From Nitrospirota bacterium (GTDB lineage: Bacteria; Nitrospirota; UBA9217), in assembly GCA_963740085.1 (NCBI GenBank), contig CAVUCU010000001.1, positions 704,001-768,000 on the forward strand: 64,000 nt of DNA. Reading direction: 5' to 3'. Position numbers and translations under genes: made by a program. Within the stretch, counting starts at the first letter, position 1. Every line of letters begins with the position of its first letter. This document shows positions 1 through 9,987 of the stretch, in pieces. The notes under the pieces were generated by a model. It did no database searches, was not told where the DNA came from, and saw only the letters and a list, made by a program, of their open reading frames with translations.

Positions 1-1
1 G

Positions 2-115
2 CTCTTCGCGATCAGGGACGACAAGGCATGGATCATCGACTACACAACCTTCCGGTTTGAGGAGCACAAAGACCTGCCGACCATCTGCCCCTATCGGGCC
101 ATCACCATCGAGTAA
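2..115 (+). CDS. 3' end of a small ferredoxin-like protein (truncated by window edge)
   Basis: Open frame LFAIRDDKAWIIDYTTFRFEEHKDLPTICPYRAITIE* ending in TAA 113-115; the CPxxAI ending is typical of ferredoxins. Confidence 0.55.
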   Translation, partial: LFAIRDDKAWIIDYTTFRFEEHKDLPTICPYRAITIE

Positions 116-146
116 ACGCGTGTCCCTGAGCCGGGAAGCACGGAAG

Positions 147-845
147 TCACCTTCTGGACGTACTAACTTGGGACTTCCTGTCGACAAAAACCTCAATGGC
201 TGACCTTGCCTCAGCAGGGAGCATAGAGAATCTGATGCCGTACTGACAGGTCTTCGAACCCGCAATCTGCTTGATGACCCTGACGATCTCTCCTTTCGTT
301 TTTATCTGCGCCGAATCGGGGAGGAAGAACGAGCATGCCAGCAGGTCCCCTTTCTCGAAGACCTTATCCGTCTCGATAAGCATCCCTGTTGTGCTGATAT
401 TTCCCGAACGGCAGAAGAATGATCTGTCCTTGTTGCTCCCGGAGACATTCACACTCACCAGAACGCGGTAGGACTCCCTCCAGGAAATATCCAGGAGCTG
501 CCGCATTTTCTCGAGGAGTTGCGCAGGGTCCATCGGCATGGTGAGAACCACGTTCGCTTTACATTGTGCGCCTCTCTCGATGTCCGCCGCATCGTCCGAA
601 CAAAGAATGATAATCGACACCTTATTCAACGCGCTGTCCGCCCGTATGGTAGAGCAAAGCTCTTCGCTCTTCATCCCGGGGGCATGGAGGTCTGCGATAA
701 TAATATCGACCTTCTCCGTACGGTGAGTTGACAGCACCTCGTCGTTCGTAACCACCGTAAACACCTTGACACCCTCACGGTCAAGGAAGCTTTTTCCCTT
801 TTCAATGAGCGTCATAACTTTATCGGTGAGCAGTATTTTTTTCAT
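147..845 (-). CDS. Receiver domain + PilZ domain protein
   Basis: N-terminal REC fold (IIIADLHAPGM); C-terminal PilZ motifs RESYR (RxxxR) and NISTTG. Confidence 0.85.
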   Translation of the reverse strand: MKKILLTDKVMTLIEKGKSFLDREGVKVFTVVTNDEVLSTHRTEKVDIIIADLHAPGMKSEELCSTIRADSALNKVSIIILCSDDAADIERGAQCKANVVLTMPMDPAQLLEKMRQLLDISWRESYRVLVSVNVSGSNKDRSFFCRSGNISTTGMLIETDKVFEKGDLLACSFFLPDSAQIKTKGEIVRVIKQIAGSKTCQYGIRFSMLPAEARSAIEVFVDRKSQVSTSRR

Positions 846-1125
846 GAGAACCCCTTTTAAAAGGCAGGATGACTTGCCTCACACGCTGAACGCTATAATA
901 TCATAGATTAATTGATGACGCAAAACTATTTTATAATCAGACAGGCTTTATGAACGAATTCAACGGTGGGGATGATGCCAGGTTAGACGAGGGGCGGCGA
1001 TCTTCATCCCCTCTAAACACGGCGCATTGACTATTCGCAAGTATGGATGCTGTCCCGGGCATCAATGCTTAACGATTTTTCAACCATCTTGAACATAATA
1101 AAACCGGCAACATCGTCCCGATCAC

Positions 1126-1860
1126 TCATCGTCCCTGCTCAAGTCGCCACCCAAGCTGCGGGGGCAGTCCCGCTCGTTCAATGCTGTCCTGACACGTCTT
1201 GATATCGTACTCCACTCTGAGGGACAGCGCAGTGCGATCATCGTGATCGTAAACGAGGAAGGAGGCGCGGGGATCGCCATCACGCGGCTGTCCCACGCTG
1301 CCGGGATTGATCAGATAACGCTTTTCCGACGACAGTGACAGTTCGGACGAGAGATCACTTGAGATCCTGCCGTGGTGATCGATGAATGCCGTTGCGACGT
1401 GCGTATGTCCGAAGAAGCCGAGCATCGGGCCGCCGGGCAGTCCCGCAAGCAAATGAAAGTTGTCAACCGCATCCTCCTGCGTCAGAAGATACCGGTTGGT
1501 GTCATGGATGGACCCGTGAATGAGAAAAAAATCATGCACACTCTTTTCACGCGGCAGATTCAGAAGAAACAATCGATTCTCTTCAGTCAGGTGTTCCCGG
1601 GTCCAGTAGACCGCGAACCGTGCCAGCGCATTGAACCGGTAGGGTTCTTCCAGTCCCGACGCGCAGGCATCGTGGTTTCCAAGCACGCTCACGATCTTCG
1701 CGTTCCGAATTGTATCAACGCACTCGTTGGGGTTCGCATTGTATCCCACGATATCGCCGAGGCAGACGATCTCATCGACGGCAAGCTCTGCGATCCTGCC
1801 CAGTACGGCCTGCAGCGCTTCACTATTCGCATGAATATCGGCGATAACGGCAATTCGCAT
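1126..1860 (-). CDS. Metallophosphoesterase (calcineurin-like)
   Basis: Motifs DIHAN, GDIVG, GNHD, HGS, GHTH, NPGSVGQPRDG; start placed at MRIAVIAD. Confidence 0.9.
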   Translation of the reverse strand: MRIAVIADIHANSEALQAVLGRIAELAVDEIVCLGDIVGYNANPNECVDTIRNAKIVSVLGNHDACASGLEEPYRFNALARFAVYWTREHLTEENRLFLLNLPREKSVHDFFLIHGSIHDTNRYLLTQEDAVDNFHLLAGLPGGPMLGFFGHTHVATAFIDHHGRISSDLSSELSLSSEKRYLINPGSVGQPRDGDPRASFLVYDHDDRTALSLRVEYDIKTCQDSIERAGLPPQLGWRLEQGR

Positions 1861-1952
1861 GGTGAGCCTTTTCAAAAGCAATTCGTCAACGACCATGTAT
1901 TCTACCGCAGAAACCGATTCTGCGGAGAAGATGGAGGTTGCCAAAACAAGGG

Positions 1953-2504
1953 TCAATCATAAGAGATCAGCATCGCTTCCTTGATCTGCTGCGCCTTCTC
2001 CCTGCTCACCAGCCGTTCGACGATGGAGAGGCCGAAGCTGAGCGCCGTGCCCGCTCCCCTGCTGGTCAGCACGGTCCCGTCCGTTACAACGGACTTTTCT
2101 TCATAAACCGCTCCGCCAAGCCTGTCCTTGTAGGAAGGGTACGCGGTTGCGCGCTTTCCCTGCAGCACGCCCGCACCCGCGAGCACAATGGGCGCGGCGC
2201 AGATGGCACCGGTCAGTTTCCCTCTTTGTGAGAAGCTTATGAGCAACTCCTTCACGCGCGGGTCCGCGTTCAGGTTGTCAGAACCCGGCTGGCCGCCCGG
2301 CAGCACGATCATGTCGAATTCATCCGCCTTCACCGTGTCGATCACCGTATCGGGAATGACCTTCACCTTCCGGGCGCTCGTCATGTGTCCCCCGTGCAGA
2401 CCCGCGACCACCGTGTCGATCCCGGCACGCCTGAGAACATCGATAATGGCCACGGCCTCAACTTCCTCAAAACCGTCCGCAAGTATGACCGCTACTCTCG
2501 GCAT
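1953..2504 (-). CDS. DJ-1/PfpI (YajL/ThiJ) family protein
   Basis: GFEEVEA, LPGGQPG, AICAAP nucleophile elbow, TSRGAGT; GGAGG SD before the ATG. Confidence 0.92.
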   Translation of the reverse strand: MPRVAVILADGFEEVEAVAIIDVLRRAGIDTVVAGLHGGHMTSARKVKVIPDTVIDTVKADEFDMIVLPGGQPGSDNLNADPRVKELLISFSQRGKLTGAICAAPIVLAGAGVLQGKRATAYPSYKDRLGGAVYEEKSVVTDGTVLTSRGAGTALSFGLSIVERLVSREKAQQIKEAMLISYD

Positions 2505-2625
2505 ATGCACCTCCTTATATGCTTTGCTCCTTGAAACATATGGTCAAATGAGGCTATAGTATATCGCGTTTCCCCCCGTTCATCAACTCCATAACCGCAT
2601 TGCTTTATCGCTGCCGATGATTAAC

Positions 2626-2662
2626 AAAAAAGGACGGAGGAAACTTTCGTATCCCTCCGTCC
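2626..2662 (-). terminator. Intrinsic terminator downstream of the Spy/CpxP-like gene
   Basis: GGACGGAGG...CCTCCGTCC stem followed by a T-run on the minus strand. Confidence 0.7.
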
Positions 2663-2690
2663 GGAACGTGTACCAAATATCGCAGACCGC

Positions 2691-3146
2691 TTAGTAGCTT
2701 GCGCCCTTCTCCTGCTTCATTCCGTCGTGTCGTTTATCCATCATATGTTTCTCTATCATCACCACCAGCTTCTCTCTCTGCTCCGGTGTGAGCATATCAT
2801 GGATCTCCGTAAATTTGGCGAAGACGAATCGCATGATGTCGTTCATTTGGGTCTGGTTCTTGACTTCCAGCGCATCCAGCCGCGTTTTGTCGATTTCCGC
2901 GCTTCTCATCAGGTCATTCGCTTCTTTCACGGTCTCTTCCCGCATTTTGATCATGCCCGGCCGCATAGCCAGGAATTCGTCCTTGATCTTCTCAAACTGC
3001 GCCGTTTGGCTGTCGTTCAACTTTAGCTCAGCCGCCAGGTGCTTCACCATGTACTCGGCCCGCTGCTCCGGGGTCCGGTAACAGCCGCTCAAAATCAGCG
3101 CAATTATGGCTGTCAACACAATAATTATGATTTTATTTCTCTTCAT
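2691..3146 (-). CDS. Spy/CpxP-family (periplasmic heavy-metal sensor-like) lipoprotein
   Basis: Signal peptide with lipobox LSGC; LxLNDSQ and LTPEQR motifs; helical composition. Confidence 0.8.
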   Translation of the reverse strand: MKRNKIIIIVLTAIIALILSGCYRTPEQRAEYMVKHLAAELKLNDSQTAQFEKIKDEFLAMRPGMIKMREETVKEANDLMRSAEIDKTRLDALEVKNQTQMNDIMRFVFAKFTEIHDMLTPEQREKLVVMIEKHMMDKRHDGMKQEKGASY

Positions 3147-3484
3147 CCTCGTATCCTCCTTTATCCTTAGACAGGACATATCCAATCCTTTATCGTCTTG
3201 ATAATATTATAGCACATTGCCGAAAGGTAAGGTCACTTCGAGGTACGCCACGGATTTTTTTCAGGCCAGTGGAGTACGAATAAAGGACTATAAATAGTCG
3301 TCGAAAGGTGCACCTGAGACACGGAACCTTCCCTCAGCACAATTTCGGAAGACGGCGGCTTGACAAGACGGCGGCTCGCACTTGCTTTAGCTGTCTTCTG
3401 CGGTTACAATAGGCAAGCTAATCGGATCTGCTTACATGAGTTGAGAACAACTCACCGGACGGCAATGACGAACGAGACAAGAGT

Positions 3485-3664
3485 ATGACCGATACATCAG
3501 AAGAGATCAGGCTCCGCTATCTCTACCGGAAGCTGATCCTCGATGGGAAGGCAGCGCTTTCCTTAGAGTCCGCGAAGAAGATTATCGGCCCGGACTGCGC
3601 CTATCACCTCTACTCGGTTCCGGACTTGAAGAGGAAAACAAAAAAACGAAAATACTTGCGGTAA
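3485..3664 (+). CDS. Small basic hypothetical protein (59 aa)
   Basis: ATG 3485 to TAA 3664: MTDTSEEIRLRYLYRKLILDGKAALSLESAKKIIGPDCAYHLYSVPDLKRKTKKRKYLR; upstream TTGCTT-17-TACAAT promoter-like site. Confidence 0.5.
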   Translation: MTDTSEEIRLRYLYRKLILDGKAALSLESAKKIIGPDCAYHLYSVPDLKRKTKKRKYLR

Positions 3665-3724
3665 CGTATATTGAAACCCCGAAAGGCGGGAAGATGCTGA
3701 AGAGGCATTCGCCGGGCTATCTGT

Positions 3725-4105
3725 TCAGACGAGGTATTTCAGGATTTCTTCACGGAATTCGAGAATATTGAGCGGCTTCGTAAGGTACCCGTTTGCGCCG
3801 AGTGCCAGGCCCCGATCGCGTTCAAGGCTCTCACCCTTCGAGGTGATGACAATGATCGGCGTGTCCTTTTTGAACACCTGGCGAACAGCCCGTATCACCC
3901 CGGCCCCGTCCAGTTCCGGCATGTTCATATCGGTCAGGATAAGGTCGACGTCATGGTGATTCAGCTTCTCGATCGCATCTAAGCCGTTCACCGCATCCAT
4001 GATCTGCACCCCGGGCAGCAACTTGATCAGATGAAAGATGATGAACATCCGCATTGTCTGTGAATCGTCAACAACAAGGATCCTCTTGTTCAGAAAAGAT
4101 TGCAT
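3725..4105 (-). CDS. Single-domain response regulator (CheY-like)
   Basis: LVVDDS, LTDMNMPELDG, ITS, YLTKP. Confidence 0.92.
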   Translation of the reverse strand: MQSFLNKRILVVDDSQTMRMFIIFHLIKLLPGVQIMDAVNGLDAIEKLNHHDVDLILTDMNMPELDGAGVIRAVRQVFKKDTPIIVITSKGESLERDRGLALGANGYLTKPLNILEFREEILKYLV

Positions 4106-4277
4106 GAGGTTCCCGACCTTTCATCTTGCAGTAATAAAACCATTTAACAACAGTTTTGTCACCTGCACTTTTTCACCTTGAATAATGGCGCTGGATGGGG
4201 CCTTATTGCAATAAATCATGTCCTTCTTTCGTTCGTTATCGCGCCGACCTCTCCGCAAGGGCTGCAGCAGAGGCTGT

Positions 4278-5102
4278 TCAGGCCGATCCGGAGCGATCGT
4301 CGTCGAACCCTTCCTGCTTTCTCTGGGACTCGTTCGATATTTTTTGAAGGGACTCCTCGACGAATTCCCTGATCAGGGTCCGCGGCTTATCTGAGAGTCC
4401 ACTGAACAGCAGCCCGATTCCTGCGTTCGGCACGGAATATCGCACCACAGCCTGAGCAACCACCACGCCGTTCCCGATCGGGAATGACAGCAGAATGCCT
4501 GCCCCTTCGGGAAAGGCCTGCGTGGTCAGAAGAAACATGCCGCTTTCGCTGATATCAACGCTTTTTGCGGAGGTCGTATCATTGATCATCACTCTGGCGG
4601 AAAAGGATACGCGCGGAAAGAGCCGAAACGAGTCAAGGTCCGTAATGTCTGCACCCAGGTCCTTTACGCGAAGAGCGAGCTTCGCCAGATGGTCGCGAAA
4701 ACCCCGACTCAGGATCTCGAGCAGCTGCCTCATCTCTTTATTGGAGTCCCTCAGCGCTGCGACGACATACTGTTCAACCAGGCTGGATTCGATCAGATAG
4801 CATTGGACGAGGATCTCGTTGATCTTGTCACGAGGCATGGCAAGAATCATCTTCATCAGGTACAATACCTTGTTAAAATCGGTGAAGTTGAGATGTACTT
4901 CTCCAAAGTCGCCCGGTTTGGCCCTTACGGCCCTCTTTTGCAGTTGCGCCAGGCTCGCATGATCCAACTCTTCAAGGTGCAGCTGATAAAAAAAACTCTC
5001 GAGATCCTTGTCATCACTGAACTTCGCCCGCAATTTCGTGTACATATCTCCAAGATCCACTTCCATCTGTTCGATCAGTTCCAGGGCTTTGAAAGCCTTC
5101 AT
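4278..5102 (-). CDS. Ferritin/rubrerythrin-like domain fused to PilZ
   Basis: Helical N-terminus with E..EELDH motif; C-terminal RLFPR and DISESG PilZ motifs; GGAGG SD. Confidence 0.75.
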   Translation of the reverse strand: MKAFKALELIEQMEVDLGDMYTKLRAKFSDDKDLESFFYQLHLEELDHASLAQLQKRAVRAKPGDFGEVHLNFTDFNKVLYLMKMILAMPRDKINEILVQCYLIESSLVEQYVVAALRDSNKEMRQLLEILSRGFRDHLAKLALRVKDLGADITDLDSFRLFPRVSFSARVMINDTTSAKSVDISESGMFLLTTQAFPEGAGILLSFPIGNGVVVAQAVVRYSVPNAGIGLLFSGLSDKPRTLIREFVEESLQKISNESQRKQEGFDDDRSGSA

Positions 5103-5482
5103 GATAATTCCTCCGCGATGAGGTGAAGGACGCTGGCTCCCGCGCGAGCCGACGGGTGAGCGCCCTGCAATTCACCGCGTACAGTGTAGCCAAATAACGA
5201 TGCGCTGTCAACAAATCCATGAACATTCAAGTCGTAATACAATGCGACCGGAATTTGACCGCGGTCTTTAAAGCGACTGTCAGGCCGACCATTTTTTTTA
5301 TCTACTTTGCAGCGCCTTATGCACGAATATATCCTTGATGTTCTGAGTTGTCGATATTATTGATGGGGTATTTTACGGGTATTTACTGAAGAATACAGCT
5401 CGAAACTTTATGTGTTGCGAAGAACGGAAATATCTGGGGTTGGGTCCTTATGTTTCAAGACCTGTCCCAAATGTGCTCCATC

Positions 5483-5947
5483 TTATCCGACCATATCCGG
5501 CACAAGCATCCACTCCAGTGCCCATCTCCCGTCATCGAAACGCTTTAAACAAACGATCCCCCCCATCTTGAAATCGACAGGCGTCTTCTCTTTGTCCCCG
5601 CAGAGAAGCAGGCCCGCGAGCTTTGCCATATACGGGAGATGTCCGACAAGCATTAAATCCTCATTCATTCCGGCGACGCGTCCAGCCCAAACATCGGGAT
5701 CGTCCATGGGCGCGAGGGACTCTGTTGGGGACGGCCCCTTCCCCGGTTTGAGGTAATCGGCCAGGATCTGCGCGGTCTGCAGGGCGCGGGCCTTTCCGCT
5801 GTGATGAATGATACTTACCTTGAGACCGCGTGCCTGCGCATAGATCGCGGTCCTGGCAACGTCCTTGGACCCTTTGTCCGTGAGCCCTCTCTGCGGATCA
5901 TCCTCTTCCTTCTTCGCCTCGCCGTGCTGTACAAGATAAAGAAACAT
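5483..5947 (-). CDS. sixA: Phosphohistidine phosphatase SixA
   Basis: LYLVQHGEA, RGLT, RALQTA, LVGHLP. Confidence 0.9.
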   Translation of the reverse strand: MFLYLVQHGEAKKEEDDPQRGLTDKGSKDVARTAIYAQARGLKVSIIHHSGKARALQTAQILADYLKPGKGPSPTESLAPMDDPDVWAGRVAGMNEDLMLVGHLPYMAKLAGLLLCGDKEKTPVDFKMGGIVCLKRFDDGRWALEWMLVPDMVG

Positions 5948-6072
5948 GGAGGCACCCCTTTCGTTTTAGCCGGACAGACAGAAAATGAAATTTCGGATTC
6001 CCGTTTTCACGAGAATGACGAAAGCAAACATAACATAGTATAATTATATCTGAATGCGAGGGTGATGTTTGC

Positions 6073-6816
6073 ATGAAATGGCCGGAAGCGATCTCGATCG
6101 AACAGGCGCGGGAACTTCAGAAAGATCTGAGGAAGAGGGTGCGGGTCATTCCCCATACGCGGGAACCGCGCTATGTGGCAGGAGTTGACGCTGCCTTCTC
6201 GGAAGACCTGGTATATGCAGCGGCATGTCTCTACCGTTATCCCGAACTCACCCTGGTGGAAAAGACGTGTCCCTTGGTAAAGCTGAGATTCCCCTACGTC
6301 CCTGGTTTTCTCTCCTTCCGGGAAGGCCCTGCCATCATCGCGGCGATCAAGAAACTCCCAACAAAGCCCGATATCATTCTCGTCGACGGGCAAGGCATTG
6401 CTCACCCGCGGGGGATCGGGATCGCTTCACATCTCGGCGTACTGCTTGATATCTCCACGATCGGCTGCGCAAAAAAAAGGCTTGTCGGAGAATTCCAGGA
6501 ACCGGGCGGACGAAAAGGCAACTGGTCCGGGCTCACGCACGAGGGCAGGATCGTCGGCGCGGTATTGCGGACAAAGGACAGCGTAAGGCCGCTGTTCGTG
6601 TCTCCGGGTCATGAAATAGACCTCAACGACGCGGTCCGGATCACGCTCGATTGTATTGGCAAATACCGGATACCGGAGCCGCTCAGGTGCGCGGACATGC
6701 TGTCGAAAAAATCCAAATCAGACTCTCCCGTAAAAACGTCGTCTCCCCAACACGTCTTTGGAATGGAAAAAATTGCCGATGTTTATCAATTTTCGGATAA
6801 TTCTCCCCCCATTTGA
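6073..6816 (+). CDS. nfi: Endonuclease V
   Basis: AGVD, PYVPGFLSFRE, VDGQGIAHPR, IGCAK, FVSPGH, YRIPEPLR. Confidence 0.95.
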   Translation: MKWPEAISIEQARELQKDLRKRVRVIPHTREPRYVAGVDAAFSEDLVYAAACLYRYPELTLVEKTCPLVKLRFPYVPGFLSFREGPAIIAAIKKLPTKPDIILVDGQGIAHPRGIGIASHLGVLLDISTIGCAKKRLVGEFQEPGGRKGNWSGLTHEGRIVGAVLRTKDSVRPLFVSPGHEIDLNDAVRITLDCIGKYRIPEPLRCADMLSKKSKSDSPVKTSSPQHVFGMEKIADVYQFSDNSPPI

Positions 6817-6953
6817 TGGACACCCAAAGCGACGACATCCAAAAAAAGAATGCAACCTTTTCCCGTCTTACTCGTCTAATAGTAGTATGATATAATTAAC
6901 AGTCAGATTCATTCTGGCAAAGACCGTTAATACGGTGAGAAAAAGGAGGTTGT

Positions 6954-7448
6954 ATGATGAAGAAATCAATTTTGAGCGCTCTCGGAGGAGGGGCACTGTT
7001 TCTCGTGTTCGGTCTTTTTAATCCGGGAACAAGTACTGCCGGGGTAAATGTCGACATCCACATCCCTTTGCCCGGTCTGGTCATTCCGGCACCGCCGGCC
7101 CTGGTCGTGATACCCGGCACCTATGTGTATTATCCGCCTGACGTCGACGTGGATGTTTTCTTCTATCACGGGTACTGGTATCGCCCGTATCGGGGAGGGT
7201 GGTATATCGCTAACGGTTATAACGGCCCATGGCGCGGTATTGGACCCAGACGTGTGCCTCGTGCCTTGATTGGCTTGCCGCCCACATTCCGTCGCATTCC
7301 CCCCGGGCATGAGCGTATGCCTCACGACATGGTCCAGAGAAACTGGCGGACTTGGGAGAAGGAACGCCATTGGGACAAGCACAGAGGCGAGAATCGCGGG
7401 CAGGGACATGGAAGAGGTCACGGCAGGGGAAGAAACGAAGGCGATTAG
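6954..7448 (+). CDS. Secreted Pro/Trp/Arg-rich hypothetical protein with Gly-His-Arg tail
   Basis: AGGAGG SD, signal peptide, FFYHGYWY core, GHGRGHGRG tail. Confidence 0.75.
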   Translation: MMKKSILSALGGGALFLVFGLFNPGTSTAGVNVDIHIPLPGLVIPAPPALVVIPGTYVYYPPDVDVDVFFYHGYWYRPYRGGWYIANGYNGPWRGIGPRRVPRALIGLPPTFRRIPPGHERMPHDMVQRNWRTWEKERHWDKHRGENRGQGHGRGHGRGRNEGD

Positions 7449-7462
7449 CCAATGCTAAATAT

Positions 7463-7498
7463 AAAAGCCCTTCGCCGTGTCACAGGCAAAGGGCTTTT
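7463..7498. terminator. Bidirectional intrinsic terminator between convergent genes
   Basis: AAAAGCCCTT...AAGGGCTTTT inverted repeat. Confidence 0.7.
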
Positions 7499-7516
7499 CT
7501 TATGAGCAGGAGAGGT

Positions 7517-7553
7517 CCCCCCTCACCCGACCCTATCCCCAAAGGGTGAGGGA
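7517..7553. repeat. CCCCTCACCC...CCCT.TCCC...GGG.GAGGG REP-like palindrome
   Basis: Same family as 55685-55768 and 63745-63783. Confidence 0.7.
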
Positions 7554-7561
7554 TTTATACT

Positions 7562-9886
7562 CTACACATTCTCCACCATGTCCCAGACCCCGCAGGGACA
7601 GATACCCGCGCAAAATCCGCAGCCGATGCATTTGGACTCGTCGACCACGTACTCGAATGACTTGTTCGGCAGCTTCTTACGCGTTATGGCGCCGTAGTAG
7701 CATGACTGTTCGCACATTCCGCAATCGCGGCAGGAGCCGCAGGACATGCAGCGGTCTGCTTCCTTCTTTGCCGAGAACTTGCCGACCATCCTGCAAACCT
7801 CGTAGTACTGGGTCTTGATCTTCTCGTAGGGGATCACGCGCCGCTCTTCGGGCACATAATCGGTGTTCATCAGCTGTGCGTTGATCACGTCCGCGGCAAC
7901 CTTACCCTGGCCGATGGCATGCGTCACCAGTCCCGGTTTGGTAGCGTCGCCGATGGCGAAGACCTTCACGTCCGAGGTCTGGTTCATGTCGTTCACCGTG
8001 ATGTAACCCCGCTCGGTGTTGATCGATGGCGGCAGGAAATCCAGCACCGGCTTCTCGCCGATGGATATGACTACCATATCGGCATCAAGGCTCGTGCCGT
8101 CCTTGAAAAAGAGCTTCTTTGCCCCGGCATCGTACTTCTCGGTCACCTTCGGGAACAGGATCTGCGTCCCTTTTTCCTTGGCCATCTCCTGTTCTTTACC
8201 GAAACTTGCCGGCTTCTGCACGTCGACGGCGATCACGCTCAGAGCACCATGGTCATACGCCTGGCACGCAATGTCCATGCCCACATTGCCCGCGCCGATC
8301 ACGACCACCTTCTTGCCTGTCAGGTTCCGGGGTTTGCCGAAGTTCACTTCTTTGAGGTAGTCGATGCCCGCAACCACGTCTTCATGACCCGGGAATGGGA
8401 TGACCCGGCCTTCATGGGCGCCGACGGCAATTACCACGACATCGTGGTCCTTGTATATCTTCTCGAACTTCTTTTTGTCCACTGGGTACTTCACCTGGAC
8501 ATTCACGCCGATCTCCGCAAAGCGCGACAGCTCTTTATCGAGTATCTTTTTGGGCAGACGCTCACGCGGGATGCACATCTCGAGCTTTCCGCCGATCTTG
8601 CCGCTGGCTTCATAGAGGTCAACGCTGTGGCCCCTGAGTCCGAGCTGCCACGCCGCGGAGAGACCGCCAGGTCCGCCGCCGATGACCGCAACGCTCTGGC
8701 CCGTTGACTTGGCCTTCTTCGGCGCCTTGAGATTCAGCGCAGCCGAACCATACGCCTTGATATTCAGCGGCTGGTCGATCCTGCCGCGGGTGCAATCGGT
8801 CATGCAGAGGTTCGGGCAGACCGTGCCGCAGACCGTTGCCGGAAGCGGGCTGTACTGAAGTACGAGCGCCAGCGCCTCGGCGGTCCTCCCCTGCCTGATG
8901 AGCTGAGCCCGCTTGTGCGACGGAATGCGCGAGGGGCAGGCATAGGCGCAGGGCGGCAGATACTTGTCGTTCTTCCAGACCGGCATCCAGCGCCGTTCCT
9001 CGCCGGTGGTTATATAGGGAAGCACGGAACGGTCGTGAGTGAGATAGGCGCCGAACATGCCCCCTTTGCCGACTTCCTTCTCCCATACATTCACCCGGAA
9101 CTCGGTAAGCCCCATCTTGAGCTTGCCCTTTGCCTTGGTCTTCTCAGCCGGGGTGAACGAGATGAACTTCTTCCAGGCATTCTTGTCCTTCGCGAGCTCC
9201 TGATAATGGGACATCCGGTCTATGGCCTGAAGGTAGGGCCTCATGTTCTCGGTGAGCCACTCCCAGTCCTGCTCCGTCAAATCAAGCAGCCTTACATCTG
9301 TTTTGCTGTACTCTTTGATGGGACCGCGAAAATAGATAGTCCCGCCGACCATGCCCACGCAGGGACGGTAACCGAGTATGTTCTCGGGATCGCGGGGGTC
9401 CACGCCGCAGACAACAGCAATGCCGCCCGCCTTGAACTCGGCGAAGGAGTCGCCCACGCCGCGGAAGTACCAGGACTGAAGGTCCGGGAAACGCGGATTC
9501 TTCTTGGTCATCGTGTCGCACCGCGCCCCGCCGCCGCCCTGAACATAGAGCTTGCCCTGCGCGCCTGCGTTGTGGGCGCCGTTGGCCACGTCACCGAGGA
9601 CCGTGATGGTAGCCCCGCAGTTGAGCCAGCCGGTATCGTCGGACGTTGAACCTTTTACCAGGATATCGGTGCCATCCATGCCCATACTGCCCACGCGCTG
9701 GCCCGAGGTGCCCTCAATGATGACCTTGACCTGTCCTTCGCGAGGCCAGATCCTGCCGCCGATGCCGTGCTGGCCGTCAGCAACAACGGTCAGCTCTTTG
9801 GCGCCGTTCTGGATGGCCTTTTGAAGCTGCTCTTCAAGATCCTTCGAAGAGACCCGCTTCCCATTAATAGTGCCCTTGATGATCAT
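7562..9886 (-). CDS. Glutamate synthase subunit: GXGXG domain fused to GltD-like FAD/NAD(P) oxidoreductase with C-terminal 4Fe-4S ferredoxin
   Basis: Gly-rich beta-helix repeats, PPCAYACP, CGTVCPNLC, GGGPGG, GAGNVGMD, CxxCxxC motifs. Confidence 0.88.
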   Translation of the reverse strand: MIIKGTINGKRVSSKDLEEQLQKAIQNGAKELTVVADGQHGIGGRIWPREGQVKVIIEGTSGQRVGSMGMDGTDILVKGSTSDDTGWLNCGATITVLGDVANGAHNAGAQGKLYVQGGGGARCDTMTKKNPRFPDLQSWYFRGVGDSFAEFKAGGIAVVCGVDPRDPENILGYRPCVGMVGGTIYFRGPIKEYSKTDVRLLDLTEQDWEWLTENMRPYLQAIDRMSHYQELAKDKNAWKKFISFTPAEKTKAKGKLKMGLTEFRVNVWEKEVGKGGMFGAYLTHDRSVLPYITTGEERRWMPVWKNDKYLPPCAYACPSRIPSHKRAQLIRQGRTAEALALVLQYSPLPATVCGTVCPNLCMTDCTRGRIDQPLNIKAYGSAALNLKAPKKAKSTGQSVAVIGGGPGGLSAAWQLGLRGHSVDLYEASGKIGGKLEMCIPRERLPKKILDKELSRFAEIGVNVQVKYPVDKKKFEKIYKDHDVVVIAVGAHEGRVIPFPGHEDVVAGIDYLKEVNFGKPRNLTGKKVVVIGAGNVGMDIACQAYDHGALSVIAVDVQKPASFGKEQEMAKEKGTQILFPKVTEKYDAGAKKLFFKDGTSLDADMVVISIGEKPVLDFLPPSINTERGYITVNDMNQTSDVKVFAIGDATKPGLVTHAIGQGKVAADVINAQLMNTDYVPEERRVIPYEKIKTQYYEVCRMVGKFSAKKEADRCMSCGSCRDCGMCEQSCYYGAITRKKLPNKSFEYVVDESKCIGCGFCAGICPCGVWDMVENV

Positions 9887-9901
9887 TGTTCCCTCAAAAA
9901 A

Positions 9902-9971
9902 AGGAGTCAGGAGCCAGGAGACAGGATCCGGAAGAAAACCTTGCTCTTCTCCTGGCTTCTGACTCCTGACT
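9902..9971. repeat. Heptamer-based inverted repeat (CAGGAGT / ACTCCTG type)
   Basis: GGAGTCAGGAGCCAGGAG arm and TCCTGGCTTCTGACTCCTGA arm; 20 bp identical to 49342-49361. Confidence 0.8.
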
Positions 9972-9987
9972 GCTGTTTACTGTCGCC

